Origin: Eledone cirrhosa
Taxonomy: Eukaryota
Direction of reading: 5' to 3'
DNA length: 64,000 nt
Assembly (NCBI GenBank): GCA_964016885.1
Contig: OZ024745.1
Coordinates: forward strand, 13,516,001 to 13,580,000
A program made the translations under genes and the position numbers. This document shows positions 47,200 through 62,969 of the stretch, one piece after another; position 1 is the stretch's first letter, and each line of letters opens with the position of its first letter. The notes under the pieces are model-generated. The model was not told the DNA's origin. It saw only the letters and a program-made list of their open reading frames with translations, and searched no databases.

Positions 47200-48860
47200 A
47201 TTCATGTGGGATGCCTTTCAGTTTCCATCTTCCTCAGTAATGGCTCTCGAGCCAACACATAGAGTAAAGAGGAAAAAGAACATCCCTGGCGGGCCTAGCG
47301 TGCGATGCTGAAGGGTCCCAAATGATTGCCGTTTATTTTGACCATTGAACAATTGTAGCGATGTATTGTAGTGATACATCCTCGGAAAACAGGAACGAAA
47401 CCGTCTGATCTACAAACAGCCTCTAAGTAGAGATGGTCAACCCTTTCAAAAGCTTTGGTCTAGCCTAGATTGACCAGTGCCAAGCCGAAGCCAAGTCTAA
47501 TCCCTACGATGTATTGCATGCAGTGACAGATGATATGGATAGATCTGCCAAGGACCGAACCCAAACTCAGTGATTTGTCCCTCACACAACTATTCAGTGT
47601 ATTTGCTACTTCGTCTGTTGAGATCAGTTTTTAATACTATATTTCCTCGTTGGTCGACAGTCGCAGCAGACTGTCGAGGTAGGCATTGAGGCCCATTGTC
47701 TCCAATTCGTTCCTCACCGCAAAAATATTCAGCAAAATGTTTTTAGAATGCACATTTATCCATGATCCAGCATCAGATAACATTCAGCTGCTGCTGTCTG
47801 TCAGAGATCGAATCATGACATTGTTGCCACGTTGCTCATCCGTTACCCGGGTTCATTGGACGGCTTTCGAAGTTTTGTGGTTCAGTGCACGCGTCATAGC
47901 ACCGACTATACATCCTTCGTGTTTCCTGTGGAACAAATTATCAAGAGACATTCTCGTCGCTAACATATCGTTTGTGGTGCTTCTTCTAAGCGATACTCTA
48001 CCATTCTCTCTAGTTATTTATTGGCTAAAGCTAATCATTTTTTCTTTTTTTATGAAATCTACCACTTTGGTTGATTACGGATCCCATCTGTTCCCGGTTA
48101 ACTAGTTCGCTGATCTCGCCCCTGAACGCTTTCTGCGTCAACAAGGACGTGTTTAGCTTCAAGTAATCGGACCCCTGTATGCTGGTCTGTTCTAAATTGA
48201 CTAACAAGTCAAGAGTTTCTGATCTGTATAGTCAACTAGAGAATGCTGTGGGCCACTTGCGATATTTTTATATAATGAAAGTTTTATCCAACTACATCGT
48301 GGACATGCCACTGTGATTTGTCCAAGTCTACATTGGTGTGTCCAGGAAATCGAGGCAAAACCTATTAGATAATTGGAAATGTCAGAAAAGATTGACGAAG
48401 CTTTGCACGCCCCTTCCCATCGTTTAACCCTTCATGATCCGTGCATGGGTCTAGAATAGCCCAATGGGTCTAGAATAGCCCAATAGTACTAATAATTTGA
48501 ATGTTTCAAGGTGCATCCGTGAGATTCTAAAGAAGACGTGCCCCTATGTTCCTGTCGGGGCGAATAAAGCCACCAGTCTGAAAGTACGACAGCTGTATTT
48601 AGTGCTACACCTATCTACGATCACTGACCTATCATAGGGATCTGTTCTAATCTCTACGTCTATGTCTTTTCCGAGCAGCAGCAAAACATCACTCGTTCTG
48701 GTCCCACCGAAAGATGTGTACAGCGTGGTGTAGTCGTTGAGAATAAAGGAGGGGGATGTGCTTAGGAGACCATGGTTTTGCTCATGGTTACCACACCCTG
48801 ACATGGTGACCTGAGGACGTTAAGGTGCCTTATTTCCATGCCAACCTCAAGCCATGTGCA
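47200..48860 (-). pseudogene. Degenerate Tx1/L1-clade LINE (APE + RT remnants)
   Basis: APE-like DPYDRSVIVD...FRLVALFAP; RT-like TKAFERVDHLYLEAV...GF...VKING..GPFSIAR*ARQGC. Confidence 0.8.
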
Positions 48861-48959
48861 TTTATGCATCTTAATTTGAGCAAATGAAGGGGAGAAGAAA
48901 AATAGAATGTGCCACGTGCTTATTTTAATTTTGTGTAAAATTAAGTAGCTGACATTTTC

Positions 48960-49905
48960 TTCTTCTTTGCCCTCATCAGCTTGACCATCATCATCATCGT
49001 CATCACCCCCCCCCCCAACATAATCACCATCAGCAGCATCATAACCACCAATTTAACTTCCCTCATCTTCATCCACATCATCATCATCGTCATCATCCTT
49101 ATCATTATGCTACATTTCCTTTTCTTTCTCCTCGTCATCATCATCATCATTATCAACATAAACACTACCACCACCATAATAATCATCATCATCCTCATCA
49201 CAACTTCACTCCAACCATTTCCATCTTCATCATCACCACCTCCACCATCACCTCCACCACCATATTCATCATCACCATCATTATCATCCCCACTACCATC
49301 TTCGCCACCAGCTCCACGATCACAAGCTTCACTCCCCTCCCAGCCACCACCACCGCCATCAACATAATCATCATTACCTTCCCCAAAATATCTCTTCTTT
49401 CTCCTCGTCGCCGCCACAAGCACCACCACCACCACCACCACCACCTGCACAACCACCATCACCACTACCACCACCACCACCATCACCACCACCACCACCT
49501 GCACCACCACCATCACCACTACCACCACCACCATCACCACCACCAGCATCACCATCATCTTAATAACCATCACCCTACATTTTCTCTTCCTCCTTCTCGT
49601 CATCACCACCACCTTCAGCACATGCCGCCATCACTACCATCATCATCGTCACACACCACCACCACCGTCATCACCACCACCAGTATCGTCTAAAATCATC
49701 ACCATCATCTTCATCAACCTATACTTTCTCTTCCACCTTCCTCTCATCACCACCACAACTATCATCATCATCATCATTACCTTCACTCTAGACTTTCTTT
49801 TCCGTTTTCTCGTCACCACCACCGCCACCGCCACCACCGCCACCACCACCGCCACCGCCACCACCGCCACCACCACTATCATCATCAGCAGCAGCATCAT
49901 CTACC
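48960..49905. repeat. (CAT/CAC)n low-complexity region
   Basis: Seen directly. Confidence 0.85.
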
Positions 49906-50107
49906 ATTCCATCAACCAGTGAACTTCTGAATCCTTGACAGCGATCACGTGTTCTAGCTGATAGTCTGTGAGGTCAGCACTTACCTTGTTCACCTGATTG
50001 TCACCCTGCCTAACACGCACCGTGTCACGACTTCTTCACATCTCTCACACACAGGCACAAACAGACACACACAAACACATACAGAAACACACAGACACAT
50101 ACATACA

Positions 50108-50207
<100 letters not shown>

Positions 50208-50284
50208 TGTTACTTTATACAACTGCTGCCAGACAATAAATAACATAACACATCCAAATACACTTCTTACATACACACACACAT

Positions 50285-50325
<41 letters not shown>

Positions 50326-50389
50326 CACACAGACACATACTTAGATCGTAGTAGAAATAAATTCCAAACGACACTCGCCTCTCTTCGGT

Positions 50390-53300
50390 ATCTACACCAC
50401 CACCACCCTCACCACAAGCACCTACACCACCACCACCACCTTCATCTAGACCACCACCACCACTCTCACCACCATCACCTTCACCACCACCACCTTCACC
50501 ACCACTCCCTCACCGCCATCACCATCACTAACACCACCATCACCTTCACCACCACCACCTTCACCACCACCACCCTCACCACCATCACCATCACTAACAC
50601 CACCATCACCATCACTAACACCACCATCACCATCACCATCACTAACACCACCATCACCATCACTAACATCACCATCACCATCACTAACACCACCATCACC
50701 ATCACTAACACCACCATCACCATCACTAACATCACCATCACCATCACTAACACCACCATCACCATCACTAACATCACCATCACCATCACTAACACCATCA
50801 CCATCACTAACACCACCATCACCATCACTAACATCACCATCACCATCACTAACATCACCATCACCATCACTAACACCACCATCACCATCACTAACATCAC
50901 CATCACCATCACTAACACCACCATCACCATCACTAACACCACCACCATCACTAACATCACCATCACCATCACTAACATCACCATCACCATCACTAACATC
51001 ACCATCACCATCACTAACATCATCATCACCATCACCATCACTAACACCACCATCACCATCACCCTCACCGCCATCACCATCACTAACATCACCATCACCA
51101 TCACTAACACCACCATCACCATCACTAACATCACCATCACCATCACTAACATCACCATCACCATCACTAACATCACCATCACCATCACTAACATCACCAT
51201 CACCATCACCATCACTAACACCACCATCACCATCACCATCACCGCCATCACCATCACTAACATCACCATCACCATCACTGACACCACCATCACCATCACT
51301 AACATCACCATCACCATCACTAACATCACCATCACCATCACTAACATCACCATCACCATCACTAACACCATCACCATCACCATCACCATCACTAACACCA
51401 CCATCACCATCACTAACACCATCACCATCACTAACACCACCATCACCATCACTAACATCACCATCACCATCACTAACATCACCATCACCATCACCATCAC
51501 TAACATCACCATCACCATCACTAACACCACCATCACCATCACTAACACCATCACCATCACCATCACCATCACTAACACCACCATCACCATCCCTAACATC
51601 ACCATCACCATCACTAACATCACCATCACCATCACTAACATCACCATCACCATCACTAACATCACCATCACCATCACTAACACCACCATCACCATCACCA
51701 TCACTAACATCACCATCACCATGACTAACACCACCATCACCATCACCATCACTAACACCATCACCATCACCATCACTAACACCATCACCATCACCATCAC
51801 TAACATCACCATCACCATCACCATCACCACCATCACCATCACTAACATCACCATCACCATCACTAACATCACCATCACCATCACTAACACCACCATCACC
51901 ATCACTAACACCACCATCACCATCACTATCACCACCATCACCATCACCATCACCATCACTAACATCACCATCACCATCACTAACACCACCATCACCATCA
52001 CTAACAACACCATCACCATCACTAACACCACCATCACCATCACTAACAACATCACCAACACTAACACCATCACCATCACTAACATCACCATCACCATCAC
52101 TAACACCACCATCACCATCACCATCACTAACATCACCATCACCATCAGTAATACCATCACCATCACTAACATCACCATCACCATCACTAACATCACCATC
52201 ACCATCACTAACATCACTACCACCATCACCATCACTAACATCACCTTCACCATCACTAACACCATCACCATCACTAACATCACCATCACCATCACTAACA
52301 TCACCATCACCATCACTAACACCATCACCATCACTAACACCACCATCACCATCACTAACATCACCATCACCATCACTAACACCATCACCATCACCATCAC
52401 CATCACTAACACCACCATCACCATCACTAACATCACCATCACCATCACTAACATCACCATCACCATCACTAACATCACCATCACCATCACTAACATCACC
52501 ATCATCATCACTAACACCACCATCACCATCACCATCACCGCCATCACCATCACTAACACCATCACCATCACTAACACCACCATCACCATTACCATCACTA
52601 ACACCACCATCACTAACACCACCATCACCATCACTAACACCACCATCACCATCACTAACACCATCACCATCACTAACACCACCATCACCTTCACCACCAC
52701 CACCTTCACCACCACCACCCTCACCACCATCACCATCACTAACACCACCATCACCATCACTAACATCACCATCACCATCACTAACACCACCAATCACCAT
52801 CACTAACACCACCATCACCATCACCATCACTAACACCACCATCACTAACACCACCATCACCATCACTAACACCACCATCACCATCACTAACACCACCATC
52901 ACCATCACTAACATCACCATCACCATCACTAACACCACCATCACCATCACTAACACCACCATCACCATCACTAACATCACCATCACCATCACTAACACCA
53001 CCATCACCATCACTAACACCACCATCACCATCACTAACATCACCATCACCATCACTAACACCACCATCACCATCACTAACACCACCATCACCATCACTAA
53101 CACCACCATCACCATCACTAACATCACCATCACCATCACTAACATCACCATCACCATCACTAACACCATCACCATCACTAACACCACCATCACCATTACC
53201 ATCACTAACATCACCATCACTAACACCACCATCACCATCACTAACATCACCATCACCATCACTAACATCACCATCACCATCACTAACACCACCATCACCA

Positions 53301-55400
53301 TCACCATCACCATCACTAACACCACCAATCACCATCACTAACACCACCATCACCATCACTAACACCACCATCACCATCACTAACATCACCATCACCATCA
53401 CTAAGACCACCAATCACCATCACTAACACCACTATCACCATCACTAACACCACCATCACCATCACTAACACCACCATCACCATCACTAACATCACCATCA
53501 CCATCACTAACACCACCATCACCATCACTAACACCACCATCACCATCACTAACACCACCATCACCATCACTAACATCACCATCACCATCACTAACATCAC
53601 CATCACCATCACCATCACTAACACCATGACCATCACTAACACCACCATCACCATTACCATCACTAACATCACCATCACTAACACCACCATCACCATCACT
53701 AACATCACCATCACCATCACTAACATCACCATCACCATCACTAACACCACCATCACCATCACCATCACCATCACTAACACCACCAATCACCATCACTAAC
53801 ACCACCATCACCATCACTAACACCACCATCACCATCACTAACATCACCATCACCATCACTAACACCACCAATCACCATCACTAACACCACCATCACTAAC
53901 ACCACCATCACCATCACTAACACCACCATCACCATCACTAACATCACCATCACCATCACTAACACCACCATCACCATTACCATCACTAACACCACCATCA
54001 CCATCACTAACATCACCATCACCATCACTAACACCACCATCACCATTACCATCACTAACACCACCATCACCATCACTAACACCACCATCACCATCACTAA
54101 CATCACCATCACCATCACTAACACCATCACCATCACTAACACCACCATCACCATTACCATCACTAACACTACCATCACTAACACCACCATCACCATCACT
54201 AACACCACCATCACCATCACTAACATCACCATCACCATCACTAACACCACCAATCACCATCACTAACACCACCATCACCATTACCATCACTAACACCACC
54301 ATCACTAACACCACCATCACCATCACCATCACTAACATCACCATCACCATCACCATCACCATCACTAACACCACCATCACCATCACTAACATCACCATCA
54401 CCATCACTAACACCACCATCACCATCACCATCACTAACACCACCATCACCATCACTAACACCACCATCACCATCACTAACACCACCATCACCATCACTAA
54501 CACCACCATCACCATCACTAACAACATCACCATCACTAACACCACCATCACCATCACTAACACCACCATCACCATCACCATCACTAACACCACCATCACC
54601 ATCACCATCACTAACATCACCATCACCATCACTAACACCACCATCACTAACACCACCATCACCATCACTAACACCACCATCACTAACACCACCATCACCA
54701 TCACTAACAACATCACCATCACTAACAACATCACCATCACTAACACCACCATCACCATCACCATCACCATCACCATCACTAACATCACCGTCACCATCAC
54801 TAACATCACCATCACCATCACTAACATCACCATCAACATCACCATCACTAACACCACCATCACCATCACTAACATCACCATCACCATCACCATCACCCTC
54901 ACCGCCATCACCATCACTAACATCACCATCACTATCATTAACACCACCATCACCATCATTAACACCATCACCATCACTAACACCACCATCACCATCACTA
55001 ACATCACCATCACCATCACTAACATCACCATCACTATCACCATCACTAACATCACCACCACCATCACTAACACCACCATCACCATCACTAACACTATCAC
55101 CATCACTAACACCATCATCACCATCACTAACATCACCATCACCATCACCCTCACCGCCATCACCATCACTAACATCACCATCACTATCACTAACACCACC
55201 ATCACCATCACTAACACCACCATCACCATCACTAACATCACCATCACCATCACTAACATCACCATCACCATCACCATCACTAACATCACCACCACCATCA
55301 CTAACATCACCACCACCATCACTAACATCACCATCATCATCACCATCACTAACATCACCATCATCATCACCATCACCATCACCTTCACCATCAACATAAA
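50390..55400. repeat. 5-kb minisatellite, ~21-bp unit CATCACTAACAYCACCATCAC with 3/6-bp length variants
   Basis: Seen directly; higher-order blocks are marked by a +1 variant ccaatc. Confidence 0.96.
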
Positions 55401-55957
55401 CGCACGTCAAATAATAATAAGAACAATAACAATAATAATAATAACAGTGGGCAGAAAACAGGAAGGAATATCGGTAGAACAGCCTTGAGATAAAGTAAGG
55501 CTTGATTGTTGTATGGCTTACCGGAAGTGGCGTGTGAAGAGAGATGAGACAGCATTGATGGTGAGATGTGGCGGAGCAGGGTGGAGAGGGTGGGGGAACA
55601 GGGTAGAGATAGGTGGTAATGGTGTGAGAGATGGGGGAGCAGGGTGGAGAGAGGTGGTAATGATAGTATTGATAGAAAGGGGAGGTGGCGCGGAGGAGAC
55701 GAACGAAAGAGAGAAAATAAAACAGAAAAGGAGAAGAAAAGAAAGCAAGATATGCGACCTGAAGAAAACAAAAATCATTTCAGGTAAAATAAAAAATAAT
55801 GATTTATTTTATTATTTTATATTTTTATTGAAACTTCTTTCATTGAATTATTTTATTTTATTGATATCAGGTAAAATAATGATAAAACGAAGCAAACAAA
55901 AGAAAGGAAACAATATGGCCGCTTGAGAAAGAAAAGAAAACCGTTAATGAAATTAAT

Positions 55958-57410
55958 TGTTTCTACTTTTGGCACAAGCCAGCAAAATATCCAGTGCATT
56001 ACTGGTACTTTATTTTATCGACCTCGTAAGGATGAAAGGCAAAGTTAACCTCGGCGGGATTTGAACTCAGACCATAAAGGGACGTAACTATGCTGGAAAG
56101 CATGGCGTCCGACCCTCTACCGATACTGCAATGAAATTAATGGTGGCAAAGAAGAGAGCGTATCATTGAAAACGTTGTTTCATATTATAATACTCTTTAT
56201 ATCAGGCACAAGGCCAACAATTTGGGGGAAGTGGGAAGTGGGTAATCGATTATATCAGCCTGGTACTTAAATGGTACTTTATTTTATAGACCCCTGGGAG
56301 GATGAAGTGAAGGCGGTGAATTGGCAGGGTCGTTGGAACGCCGGAAAGCATGCTTTGTGATATTCGTTTCGACTCTCTGCTCTCTCTCTTCAGATCTCAC
56401 CGATGTCAACTTTCTCTTTCATCCATTCAAAGTCAATAAAAAAAGTACCAGATCTCTTTCGCACTTCCATTCTCTCATTTTCTGTTCTTCTCTGGAAGAA
56501 ATCTGCTGTATTCAGATCAGAAGATGGGCTCCGCCAGATTTTTAAAATGCCCTAGAAACGCCGTATGTCAATGCGGCCTCCCTACCACTTCAAGAGTTAT
56601 GGCTCCATGCATACATGGAAGGATGAAAAGCAAAGTTGACCACGGCCAGATTTGCGCTCAGATCGCAGAGACTCAGATTCAATTGCGACAAATATTCCAT
56701 ACAAAGTTCCAAAGTTCCCAAGTTCTGAAGACATTGCCAGTTTGCCATCTAGTTCCGTTATATTATAACACAAATACTTTACTCATCAATGTACATTTGA
56801 TACTTTCATTTTCTTATCTTTTACTTATAGTATACTACACACTATGTATTATGTTATAATATAAATGCTATAAATAATGATTTCTGATGTAGGCACAAGG
56901 CCAGCAATTTGAACGGACGGGTAAAATGTCGTTTAAATCGACATCAGTGCATTATTGGTACTTTATTTTATCGACCGCATAAGGATAAAAAAATACATAG
57001 CTAACCTCAACGGGATTTGAACTCAAAACGTAAAAAGCCGAAACAAATACTTCGATGCATTTGTCACACTCTTGAACGACTCTGCCAGTTCCCCACACTC
57101 ACAGTGTTTCGATAATTATTTCTTTTTAATTATTGACACAAAGTGAAGTCGTTCGAGAGTCGGACAAATGCTAGAACGACTTCACTTTGTGTCAATAATT
57201 GTTTCTACTTTTGGCACAAGGCCAGCAATTATTCCAGTGTATTACTGGTACTTATTTTATCGACCCCGTAAGGATGAAAGGCAAAGTTAACCTCGGTGGT
57301 ATTTGAACTCAGACCATAAAGGGCCGTAACTCTTTGCTGCAAAGCATGGCGTCAGACCCTCTAGCAATACTGCCAACCACCACCCTCCGATACTGCCAAT
57401 CCACCACCCT
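55958..57410. mobile_element. Cluster of about six MetaSINE-like copies or fragments
   Basis: 55958-56129 (-, TSD aatgaaattaat), 56200-56310 (-), 56310-56600 (+), 56615-56750 (-), 56875-57095 (-), 57200-57409 (-, TSD tttgtgtcaataat). Confidence 0.82.
57128..57200. repeat. Perfect 27-bp inverted repeat with 19-bp spacer
   Basis: aattattgacacaaagtgaagtcgttc / gaacgacttcactttgtgtcaataatt. Confidence 0.85.
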
Positions 57411-57877
57411 TTTGTGTCAATAATGCAAGCTAATTGCATTAGATATTTCCAGGTGACGAAGGCCGAAATTCACAAAAAGATCGCTGAGAAAACAGAAAAT
57501 TTTTCATGCGATGAAGATCAAAGATCTCAAATCGGTTAATTGCGAAAACGATTAACAGGGAAAACACACACTAAAGAAAGTCTCTGGAAGACATTGACAA
57601 TAAATTGTTACCAAATACAATAACAGGACAATAAATGAGTCGAAGAATGTGTTAAATATAAAATCCAATGCCAGAGGCTTTTACTGATTTGCAAACAGAA
57701 TTTTGATAACATTGCAGCGTAGATTCGTTATGGCTGACATACAGCGAATGTTCAAATGATAATTGAAATATAATAAGATAGTTTTTTTTTTAATTTTATG
57801 TCAACTATATTTTACAAAAGTTATATAATGATGGAAATATTTAAAAAGATAAAAAGAAAATTAAGAAACAAAAAATA

Positions 57878-58200
57878 GAGTGCGTAGCTCGGAGATCAGT
57901 GAGTCATTTCAGGTAGAGCCGCTAATTCTCCTAATTGAGAAATCACAGCGCCTATACTATGGGCATGTGGTTAGAATGTCCCAGAAAAGAATCGCTGGAC
58001 AAATGTTACGGGAAAAAACCAACCGACAGGAGACCCAAGTGTATACCCCGAGCAAGATGGGGTTAGATAACATCCATGAGCTTCGCTGGTCTCGCTTGGG
58101 AATCTAGCCGGATCAGTTGGAGACGGTTGCTTCTGACAGGACCTGCTGGAAGGAATGTTTGAGGACTGTGTCCCCAAGACCCTCTCAGGAATAAGTTGGC
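57878..58200 (+). pseudogene. RTE (Expander/Rex3-type) 3' fragment
   Basis: VRSSEISESFQVEPLILLIEKSQRLYYGHVVRM...DRTCW. Confidence 0.8.
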
Positions 58201-58479
58201 GAAAAAGAAACAGAAGATATATATATATATAATCTCCCAAGTCAAGCGATTAACCAGTTAATTTTCTTTGGCTTTTTAGTTAACTCTATTGACTGATTAA
58301 TCGCTTAAGTTTATTTTAAAAACAACTCGGTCGAGAGCTAAATTCGTTTTGTGCTGTTTTTACAAATTTTTGCAATAACTACACATGCTGAATTCACTGG
58401 CCAAAATAGGGGTTTCCTCCCCTTAGAACCTTACATGTGCTTTCATAACCTGTGAGATTCTGGCGCACGAAGAGCAAAA

Positions 58480-58840
58480 TGCCTGTTGAGAAAGCGATGT
58501 CTTGTTCGATCATTATACCAAAAGCTTATTTTTTATAACCAGACAGTATTATTGATTTAGGTGTTGCAGAAACCCAAATATCGGAGTATTACATCTTCCT
58601 CGAGGGTCCGGGTAACTATTTCAGTCATATCTTATTTTGTTTGACCCGTTTAGCTTGTTCGCTTTTTTGGCTAAGGTGGTTAATGGCTTCTTAACCATCG
58701 TCTCAGTTTGTATGACCATTTAACTTATGTTTATAGCTCTGGTATCTTCATATCCATGGAGCGCTTGTCTGCACAATACAGAAGTTGCGTTTCGCCAATT
58801 TCTACCCGCCGAAATGCGATTCTCGCTAAATTTATATTTG

Positions 58841-58845
<5 letters not shown>
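58480..58845. repeat. Second copy of the unclassified repeat at 13960-14335
   Basis: See 13960-14335. Confidence 0.75.
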
Positions 58846-58892
<47 letters not shown>

Positions 58893-59189
58893 AACAAGAA
58901 GAAGAAGAAGAAGAAGAAGAAGAAGAAGAAGAAGAAGAAGAAGAAGAAGAAGAAGAAGAAAGACTAAGGAATATGTAAAAAACCATGGGTCCGAAAAATC
59001 AGAGACAGAGACAAAGAGGACGACTGGATTGACCATACGGAATGACCAGTTCTATCCAGTGGTGAACCAACAAACCTAAAGATATATATATTGCCTCGTC
59101 CGACGAACGAATGAAGACGTTTCTTTCGTATTCGTCTTATTCGGGAAACCTCTGGTAATGAGGTAATTATATTGTATTGTTTTTTATAC

Positions 59190-59239
<50 letters not shown>

Positions 59240-59243
59240 AATC

Positions 59244-59405
59244 AAGAATTTTAGAGATTCCTGGTTAACTTGGGTTGGAGAACTTTCTCACATTCGTCTG
59301 TCTGTGGCGATTGTCAAACTGAGATCTCAGTTTGACAATCGCCTCAGACAGACGAATGCGAGAAAGTTCTCCAGCCCAAGTTAACGAGGAATCTCTAAAA
59401 TTCTT
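59244..59405. repeat. 162-bp spacer-less palindrome followed by a repeat tail shared with 39238-39320
   Basis: Centre gaga|tctc at 59324/59325; four arm mismatches seen. Confidence 0.9.
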
Positions 59406-60051
59406 CCCACCGAAGTTAACAAAGAACTTACTGGATCTACCAACTCATAATATTATAATATTATAACATTAAATCATAAAATGTTTTAATACTACAAGTA
59501 AAGTCATTCTTTTCCTTTTTTTCAAATATACCTAACTGTACCAAGGATCTCACACATTTTCCAATATATATATATATATATATATGCCGCCACGTTTCTA
59601 CATAGATATATATGTTTTACATTCTACTCATATAGTAAAAAGATACCACAATGTATACTCCACCTGTAAAACACAGACAAATACAACGGATCGATAAAGA
59701 AAAGTGCTGTCCGAACATGCAGGTGATCCGACAGGGAGTTGACCATAGCATTATATACAGTAGAACCAGAGTGTGAACCCACCACACTCCCACAACAAAA
59801 AGAATAAGTAAAGTAACACCATTTCTCAGACATAAATCTCCATCACATAAATCTTTCATCGCAATCCATACCACAATATCCATAATATTAAAATAATATA
59901 AACATGAATTACTGTTAGCTACAGCAAATAATACAGTATATAACCTAATTTAATAACCTACTAGTGATCTCCCTTTCTCTCTCACTCTCTCTCTCTCTCT
60001 CTCTTTATATCTCTCTTTCTCTCTCACTCACTCTCTCTTTCTCTCACTCAC

Positions 60052-60129
<78 letters not shown>

Positions 60130-60315
60130 TCTCTCCCTCTTTCTCCCCCTGCAAACGACACAGTACAATGAAAACATATATTAGTTTAACGCTTGATATA
60201 GTAGAAAAAGAGTCTTTATATTTTGAACACTAGTCCTTCATTAGAAGATAGAATGAGAAATGAAAGATAAAGAGTAATAAAAGGAAGGAACGGTAAAAAA
60301 CATGCGTGTATTCAG

Positions 60316-60427
<112 letters not shown>

Positions 60428-60485
60428 GAACAAAGTGGAGGTGTTACATAGGAGATTTATTGCACACACACACATACATATATAT

Positions 60486-60534
<49 letters not shown>

Positions 60535-60958
60535 TTTCCTTGTCTAATTAATTTCCTTTAAATTTTCCCTCGATCTCCATCTCGTTACTTGTTCCTCCTA
60601 TGAATCATACATTACCTGCCCTTTTCTCAACCAATTAATCCCTCACATTCTCTATTTCCATATAATTCTCCTTCCTTGTTCACTATCTTATACTCTACTC
60701 TCACTTCACTCAAATGTTCCTAAGTTACGCGTGGGTGGAAGAGAGTGAAGCATGGTTCATTCTCAGAAGACAAAGCATATATCACTGGAACTAGTAGCTA
60801 CAATTACAATAAATAAAATAACAATGGCAACAACAACAGCAAGCATAACAACGACAGTTGCAAAAAAATCAATATAACAGCATGTTACACAAACAATAAA
60901 AATGTGCGCACACATACATTTATATATGTGTGTGTTTGTATATATATTTTATTTTTTT

Positions 60959-61023
<65 letters not shown>

Positions 61024-61028
<5 letters not shown>

Positions 61029-61350
61029 TCATCATCGTGATTTCATTTTACGTCCGCTTTTTCCCTGCTTGCAAGGGTGGGACGGGAACTGATTCTGGCT
61101 TGATTTCTACAGCTGGATGCCCTTCCTAACACCAACCTCATTTACAGTGAGGGCTGGGTGCTTTTTTACCGTGGCACCTCCACGACCACTTTGCAGTGGA
61201 ATGATATGGACCCCAGTCCCTATCATCTCATTTCTACAGCTGAGTAAACTGGAGCAATGTGAAATAAAGTGTCTTGCTCAAGGAAACAACACATCACCCG
61301 GTCTGAGAATTGAACTCACTACCTTTCGATTGCAAGGCCAATTCTCTAAC
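61024..61350 (-). mobile_element. Composite SINE: tRNA/CORE-like head plus RTE-type 3' tail with (GAT)n
   Basis: Minus strand gagttcaattctc..ccttgagcaagacactt..ctccagtttactcagctg; ggttggtgttaggaagggcatccagctgtagaaa; gatgatgatg tail. Confidence 0.65.
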
Positions 61351-61410
61351 CTCCATATATATATATATATATACATATACGTATATATATATATACATAT
61401 ATATACTAAA

Positions 61411-61551
<141 letters not shown>

Positions 61552-61721
61552 GTTTGTTTCATTGTGTTGAATAAAGCAGTGTGAAATGTTGTGGGAAGAC
61601 TTTGTTTACCCAACTATGTCAACAACGCCACCTACGTAACTGGCAACATAGACGTCCACGTAAAATACCTGCAACTGTATATATATATTTATATATATAT
61701 ATATATATATTTATGCGTATG

Positions 61722-61752
<31 letters not shown>

Positions 61753-61753
<1 letters not shown>

Positions 61754-61945
61754 ACAAAGGAATTGTGGTAAGGAACCAGATGGACCATAACGTACCAGAG
61801 TACTCAATATAGGGTAGTAGAATGGGAAATAGAAAAAAGTATGACCCCGACGGCAGAGCTCAAGCCGTTTCGACGGCTATTTCTGAGTCCAGAAATAGCC
61901 ATCGAAACGGCTTGAGCTCTGCCGTCGGGGTCATACTTTTTCCTA
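61753..61945 (-). mobile_element. Hairpin-capped element, copy E
   Basis: Same family as 22419-22613. Confidence 0.9.
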
Positions 61946-62182
61946 TATATATGTATATACATATATGCTTTCAGCATAGAGTGGGATCCTCTGAAAGGCG
62001 CTTCAGAAGATCTTGCTTTTGAGTGAAAGCAGAGATTGTTTGCTGAAACTTTTAATCTGTGCTAATAATAAGTATTTACTCTACAGATTTATACATACTA
62101 TATATATGTTACTCTTATCGAGTCCTCTCTGGATACTGGACTTTATATTTATTAATACTGCAATACATATATACATACATAT

Positions 62183-62261
<79 letters not shown>

Positions 62262-62969
62262 ATAATAATAAAATGTGGAGAGGAGGCACACGAGTTAGGA
62301 TATATATATATATATGAAAACAGGGAGAAAGAGACGATTATGAGGAAGAAAAATTTTTTTTTTTTCCTTTTTTTTGTGTCTCTCTCTCTCTCTTTTTTCT
62401 GGGTTAGAAAATGATTAAAACGAAATGTTTTACTTTGTGTGAAGTGTTAAGGTCTTAGTTGATTTATTTATTATTTAAGAATGGCATTTATTTATCTATT
62501 TATATATTTAATTATTGTCTATTACCGGTTTCTGCATGTATATGCATTATCAAATGATAGTGAAATGTATTAGTGTGGTGTCGCACATGTTAAAAAGAAG
62601 GTGCAGAAAGAATAATGTTATATACAAACAAGGTTTAAGAAGTGAAAAGAAAAAAGAAAAAGGAAAAAAAACGTGCATAATGTGGAACGTAAAAAGTCAA
62701 TGTGGAAGAAAAGTTAATGTTATTTACAAACACATTCATTGAAGTTAAGCAGTTCAAAATGTGTTAATATCGCAAGAGTGCTTAGTTGAACAATGGTTCC
62801 GTGAAGGAGGCAAATGGTGGACTGTGGTGTGATATGATTTCCCTTTTTAGAGAGTTAATATGCAGGGGAAGCAATTCTTGCTGGGTGATATTTAATTTAT
62901 TTAAGAAAAAGGATTAGGTAGGGTGTGAGGGAGGTAACTCTTGTAAATGTTTGATGGCTTGTTGCAGTT

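Noticed and set aside
50446-55410. 960-aa and other long ORFs called as genes
   Set aside because: Pure minisatellite translation with frame switches.
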